Of a stretch of DNA of 64,000 nucleotides, positions 62,101 to 64,000 are shown piece after piece. The position numbers and the translations under genes were made by a program. This DNA is from Raillietiella orientalis (Eukaryota). The stretch spans positions 1,798,001 to 1,862,000 of the forward strand of contig JAYWIR010000033.1 of assembly GCA_036172245.1 (NCBI GenBank). The letters run 5' to 3'. Numbering within the stretch: the stretch's first letter is position 1; each line of letters begins with the position of its first letter. A model generated the notes under the pieces. The model saw only the letters and a list, made by a program, of their open reading frames with translations. It did not search any database and had not been told where the DNA came from.

Positions 62101-64000
62101 CCCTCCCCCTCCCCCCAACTCCTCCGGGAGGGCTGCGAAACCAGCGGGGGTGGACGGCGATCTTCTCCGCTAGGCATTCCACGGGGCAGCGGGGACGCTC
62201 GGGCACCCGCGCGCCGATGCCCCATCGCCTGCTCCTCCCCCCCGACCCGCCGGAGGCGCTCGCGCGCGCGCACAAAGCGCATTTTCCTCCTTGGCGGTTC
62301 GCGGAACGTGATTTGTCTTTCTGGCTTGCAGCGTTGGACAAATTGGGCTTCCAGCATCTTTGCAACCGACACCGCATAGACCCTGTGCAGACGAACGTCG
62401 TGTTCGACATCTCCAGCCTCATCCTGTACGGATGCCAAGCCATCCCCGTGCAGATCAAGATACTCCTCGACAGGCTGCTCTCCGTCCTCCCGCACGAGGA
62501 GGTCCTACTGATCCTGCACGGCTTCGGATGGACCTACGAGGACTACGCCAGGGGATACATCCTGCAGGTATGGGAGGAGGGGGATTTTTCGCTCCCCCGT
62601 CGCCTGAAGGGCAACCTCATTCCGCGAGCGATTCTGGCCCCTACACTCCCGAACTGGGGCGGGTGGGTACCCCGTGCGCTCCTGCGTTCTTCTCCACGAG
62701 GGGGGAGATTCCTCTCGGATCCTCCCGCCAAGATGGCGGCATCGACTCGATGGCGCCTGCATGCGGCCTCGCAGCCTGCCAGAGATCCTTCTCTGACTCC
62801 CATCTCAGCATCCGGAGGGCTGGATCTTCAGTTTCCTGCTCGCTGCTTCTGTCCCTCTCTTCTGTGGCTCTCTCCATCGCTGCTCCTTCCGGTTCCTCAA
62901 CTTACTTTTTCTCTTCGGAGAGGAACTGGCAAGGAGGAGGGGAGAAGGGGCTGCACCCAAGCTGACCTGGAGCCGACCCTCCCTTCCTTTCGACGCGGCG
63001 GAGATGCTCCGAGGTCCCCTCTGGTCGGAACTGGACCCCGGAGGTGGCGTCCAGCGCTCTTCCGGGAGGCCGCTGGGTTGGGTCGGATGTCGAGGTTGCG
63101 CGCGCGACTGGAGGAGGGGGGATCGCTTTGTTCCTGCCACTCCTCCGCCAGGGAATTTCTCTTTTTCTCCTCCCTTCGTTGCCTTGACCGCGTGCTTGGC
63201 GACGCTCCAGCTGACGGGGGGGGGGGGGCTAGGATGGCGAACGGAGCTCCCGGTCGCGTCCCTGACTCTCGGAATCTCCTCTCTCCCTTGCAGGACATCC
63301 AGGGCATCGTTCTGGAGAAGTGGTCCCTGTGCACCAGGGAGGAGGAGATGCTGATCCTGCAGCAGTTCCTCCGGTTCTCGGAGACGCGATCCCTGGCCAG
63401 CGATATGCTCCTGTGGGCAGCGGCCAGGGAGAACGCCGGAGGCGGTGACCCCAGGAAGGACGGAATCGGCTCGGACTCGGAGATCAAGAAGTTCATCGAG
63501 ATGGCGTCCAGGTTGGGGCCCCACCTGTTCTTCCCCAAGTCCGAGAGGAGATCCCTCCCGAGCTTCGGCGCCACCTCGAGGGCGGATAAGCCGTTTCCGG
63601 CATCGGAGCTCGCGGACACGCGCCCTCCCTCGGAGGCCCCGAAGACCAAGCCCCTGGGGCAGCACGAGAGGTTCAACGTGCTGTCCCTGCTAGGCAAGCC
63701 CGGGGAGCCGCTCGCCCCGGCGTCTCAGGAAAGCACGCCCACGACAACCTCGATGTCGAGGCCCAGCACGTCGCCGAGGTCGCTCAGCCCCGCGGGCCTC
63801 AGCGGTACCGACGGGGACGACAGCTCCTGCAGCGGCAGTGCATTGAACCTCAGCCGCGCGGCAGCGGCGGCCTCCGCCACGCCCGGGGCAGCCGCGGGAG
63901 GAGGAGGAGGAAGTGGAGGAGGAAGTGGAGGAGCGGGAACGACGACCGGGGCGGGACGCCCGCGGAAGTCGCCGCACCCGACCAGGCGTCCCTGGGCGAG
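17894..64000 (+). CDS. bnc2: Basonuclin/disconnected (BNC2/disco-like) zinc-finger transcription factor gene, spliced, 3'-incomplete; model join(17894..17927,18093..18214,45884..45986,62332..62567,63294..>64000)
   Basis: Hand-spliced translation gives one continuous [20 protein letters not shown]...[50 protein letters not shown]...[35 protein letters not shown]...[38 protein letters not shown]. This matches the recalled basonuclin N-terminal region (AIRCT..C.CECF.PGK...C..C.HGWVAHALDKL...[13 protein letters not shown]...KILLDRL...GYILQD...QQFLRFGET). All four introns are GT-AG with compatible phases 1,0,1,0. Confidence 0.92.
18093..18214 (+). CDS. bnc2: Putative second exon of bnc/disco-like gene ([41 protein letters not shown])
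   Basis: Polypyrimidine tract plus CCAAG acceptor (tgtcttcccttctgtctccaag) with a branch-like cttcac about 25 nt upstream. The donor GTG|GTAAGA is phase 0, in frame with the 45884 exon. It contains a strong-Kozak gccATGg at 18206. Confidence 0.6.
21663..21691. repeat. (TG)n microsatellite
   Basis: Directly visible. Confidence 0.9.
23170..23500 (-). mobile_element. Decayed CR1/L2-group LINE ORF2 C-terminal fragment
   Basis: The minus-strand translation [17 protein letters not shown]...AWPHSS....QKK..(stops)..[25 protein letters not shown] resembles the LINE C-terminal pattern (.SREDLL.IY...IRP.LEY...W.SS...QKR...SY...L..L....L..RR...CK). The segment is locally CpG-poor. Confidence 0.35.
25356..25610 (-). 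mobile_element. Possible decayed LINE ORF2 C-terminal fragment
   Basis: IKRRR...FFVRG...[24 protein letters not shown] loosely resembles the LINE pattern QRRAARFV....L.WP.L.QRR...RL..MYKI. The match is weak. Confidence 0.22.
32393..32480. repeat. Compound microsatellite (TTA)n ... (AT)n(GT)n
   Basis: (TTA)n at 32393-32413 and (AT)n(GT)n at 32439-32480, just upstream of the L2-like fragment. Confidence 0.9.
32504..32871 (+). mobile_element. Decayed L2-clade LINE ORF2 fragment
   Basis: Ordered, frameshifted motifs ARNLGVV..*W (32504), KVLIHA (32673-32690) and IPK....[10 protein letters not shown] (32833-32862) match L2 ARNLGVIFD..L.W / KTLIHA / GLP...KLQ.VQNAAAR. Confidence 0.5.
45884..45986 (+). 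CDS. bnc2: bnc/disco-like exon encoding the N-terminal Cys/His-rich motif [34 protein letters not shown]
   Basis: Acceptor tctccctctttcctttcctgcag and donor G|GTGAGT; 103 nt. The translation aligns with basonuclin [34 protein letters not shown] (recalled). Confidence 0.93.
47490..47700 (-). mobile_element. Decayed RTE-clade LINE C-terminal fragment
   Basis: Minus-strand [14 protein letters not shown]......[11 protein letters not shown]....FWRDQRES resembles the RTE pattern RRLRW.GHV.R....PA.RVL...P...GRP...W.DQ...D. Confidence 0.4.
48193..48215. repeat. (CAA)n trinucleotide repeat
   Basis: Directly visible, degenerating into CAG/CGG units. Confidence 0.9.
50541..50960. repeat. Degenerate pyrimidine-rich (TCC/TTC/CAT) low-complexity tract
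   Basis: About 400 nt of C/T-dominated triplet-like sequence. Similar tracts occur at 47020-47265 (purine-rich), 49535-49680 and 58690-58830. Confidence 0.8.
59122..59152. repeat. (CT)n microsatellite
   Basis: Directly visible. Similar (CT)n runs occur at about 40172-40195 and 53279-53298. Confidence 0.9.
62332..62567 (+). CDS. bnc2: bnc/disco-like exon, conserved basonuclin N-terminal domain (ALDKLG...[14 protein letters not shown])
   Basis: Acceptor tttgtctttctggcttgcag and donor CAG|GTATGG; 236 nt; strong C/G third-position codon bias. Motifs [27 protein letters not shown] and RGYILQ are typical of basonuclin. Confidence 0.96.
63294..64000 (+). CDS. bnc2: bnc/disco-like large exon, runs off window end ([10 protein letters not shown]...[11 protein letters not shown]...DSEIKKFIE...[11 protein letters not shown])
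   Basis: Branch point ccctgac at about 63260 and acceptor ctcctctctcccttgcag. The frame is open without stops to 64000. It carries the conserved REEE..LQQFLRF.ET and DS.I..FIE motifs, then an S/P/G/A-rich linker and the RKS..P.(K/R)RPW motif that precedes the first zinc-finger pair in disco-family proteins. Confidence 0.94.

Noticed and set aside
61325..63697. Long minus-strand ORFs overlapping the bnc exons (61325..62458, 61356..62495, 62805..63665, 62897..63697)
   Set aside because: Antisense shadow ORFs produced by the GC3-biased real coding strand and GC-rich flanks.
1..64000. CRISPR array, operon, prokaryotic defence system, rRNA/tRNA genes
   Set aside because: No regularly spaced direct repeats and no prokaryote-like gene density. 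The spliceosomal introns and microsatellites show this is animal genomic DNA.

Overview
This is eukaryotic (animal, probably invertebrate/arthropod-like) genomic DNA. It is GC- and CpG-rich and full of microsatellites, homopolymer runs and low-complexity tracts, so almost all ORFs in the supplied track are spurious. The one protein-coding gene I can firmly support is a + strand, spliced basonuclin/disconnected (BNC/disco) family zinc-finger transcription factor that the ORF track misses. Its conserved exons are 45884-45986 ([34 protein letters not shown]), 62332-62567 (ALDKLG...[13 protein letters not shown]...GYILQ) and 63294 to beyond the window end (DIQG...[11 protein letters not shown]...[11 protein letters not shown]). 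Probable 5' exons lie at 17894-17927 and 18093-18214. All junctions are GT-AG and phase-compatible. The C2H2 fingers are expected downstream of the window. Very large introns (about 27.7 kb and 16.3 kb) and the upstream region contain several heavily decayed non-LTR retrotransposon (L2/CR1/RTE-like) fragments, AT-rich TAAT-motif islands that look like enhancers, several perfect palindromes, and a candidate multi-exon, apparently non-coding, minus-strand transcript at about 4.7-7.7 kb. I found no prokaryotic genes, CRISPR array, rRNA or tRNA, and no convincing novel multi-gene system.
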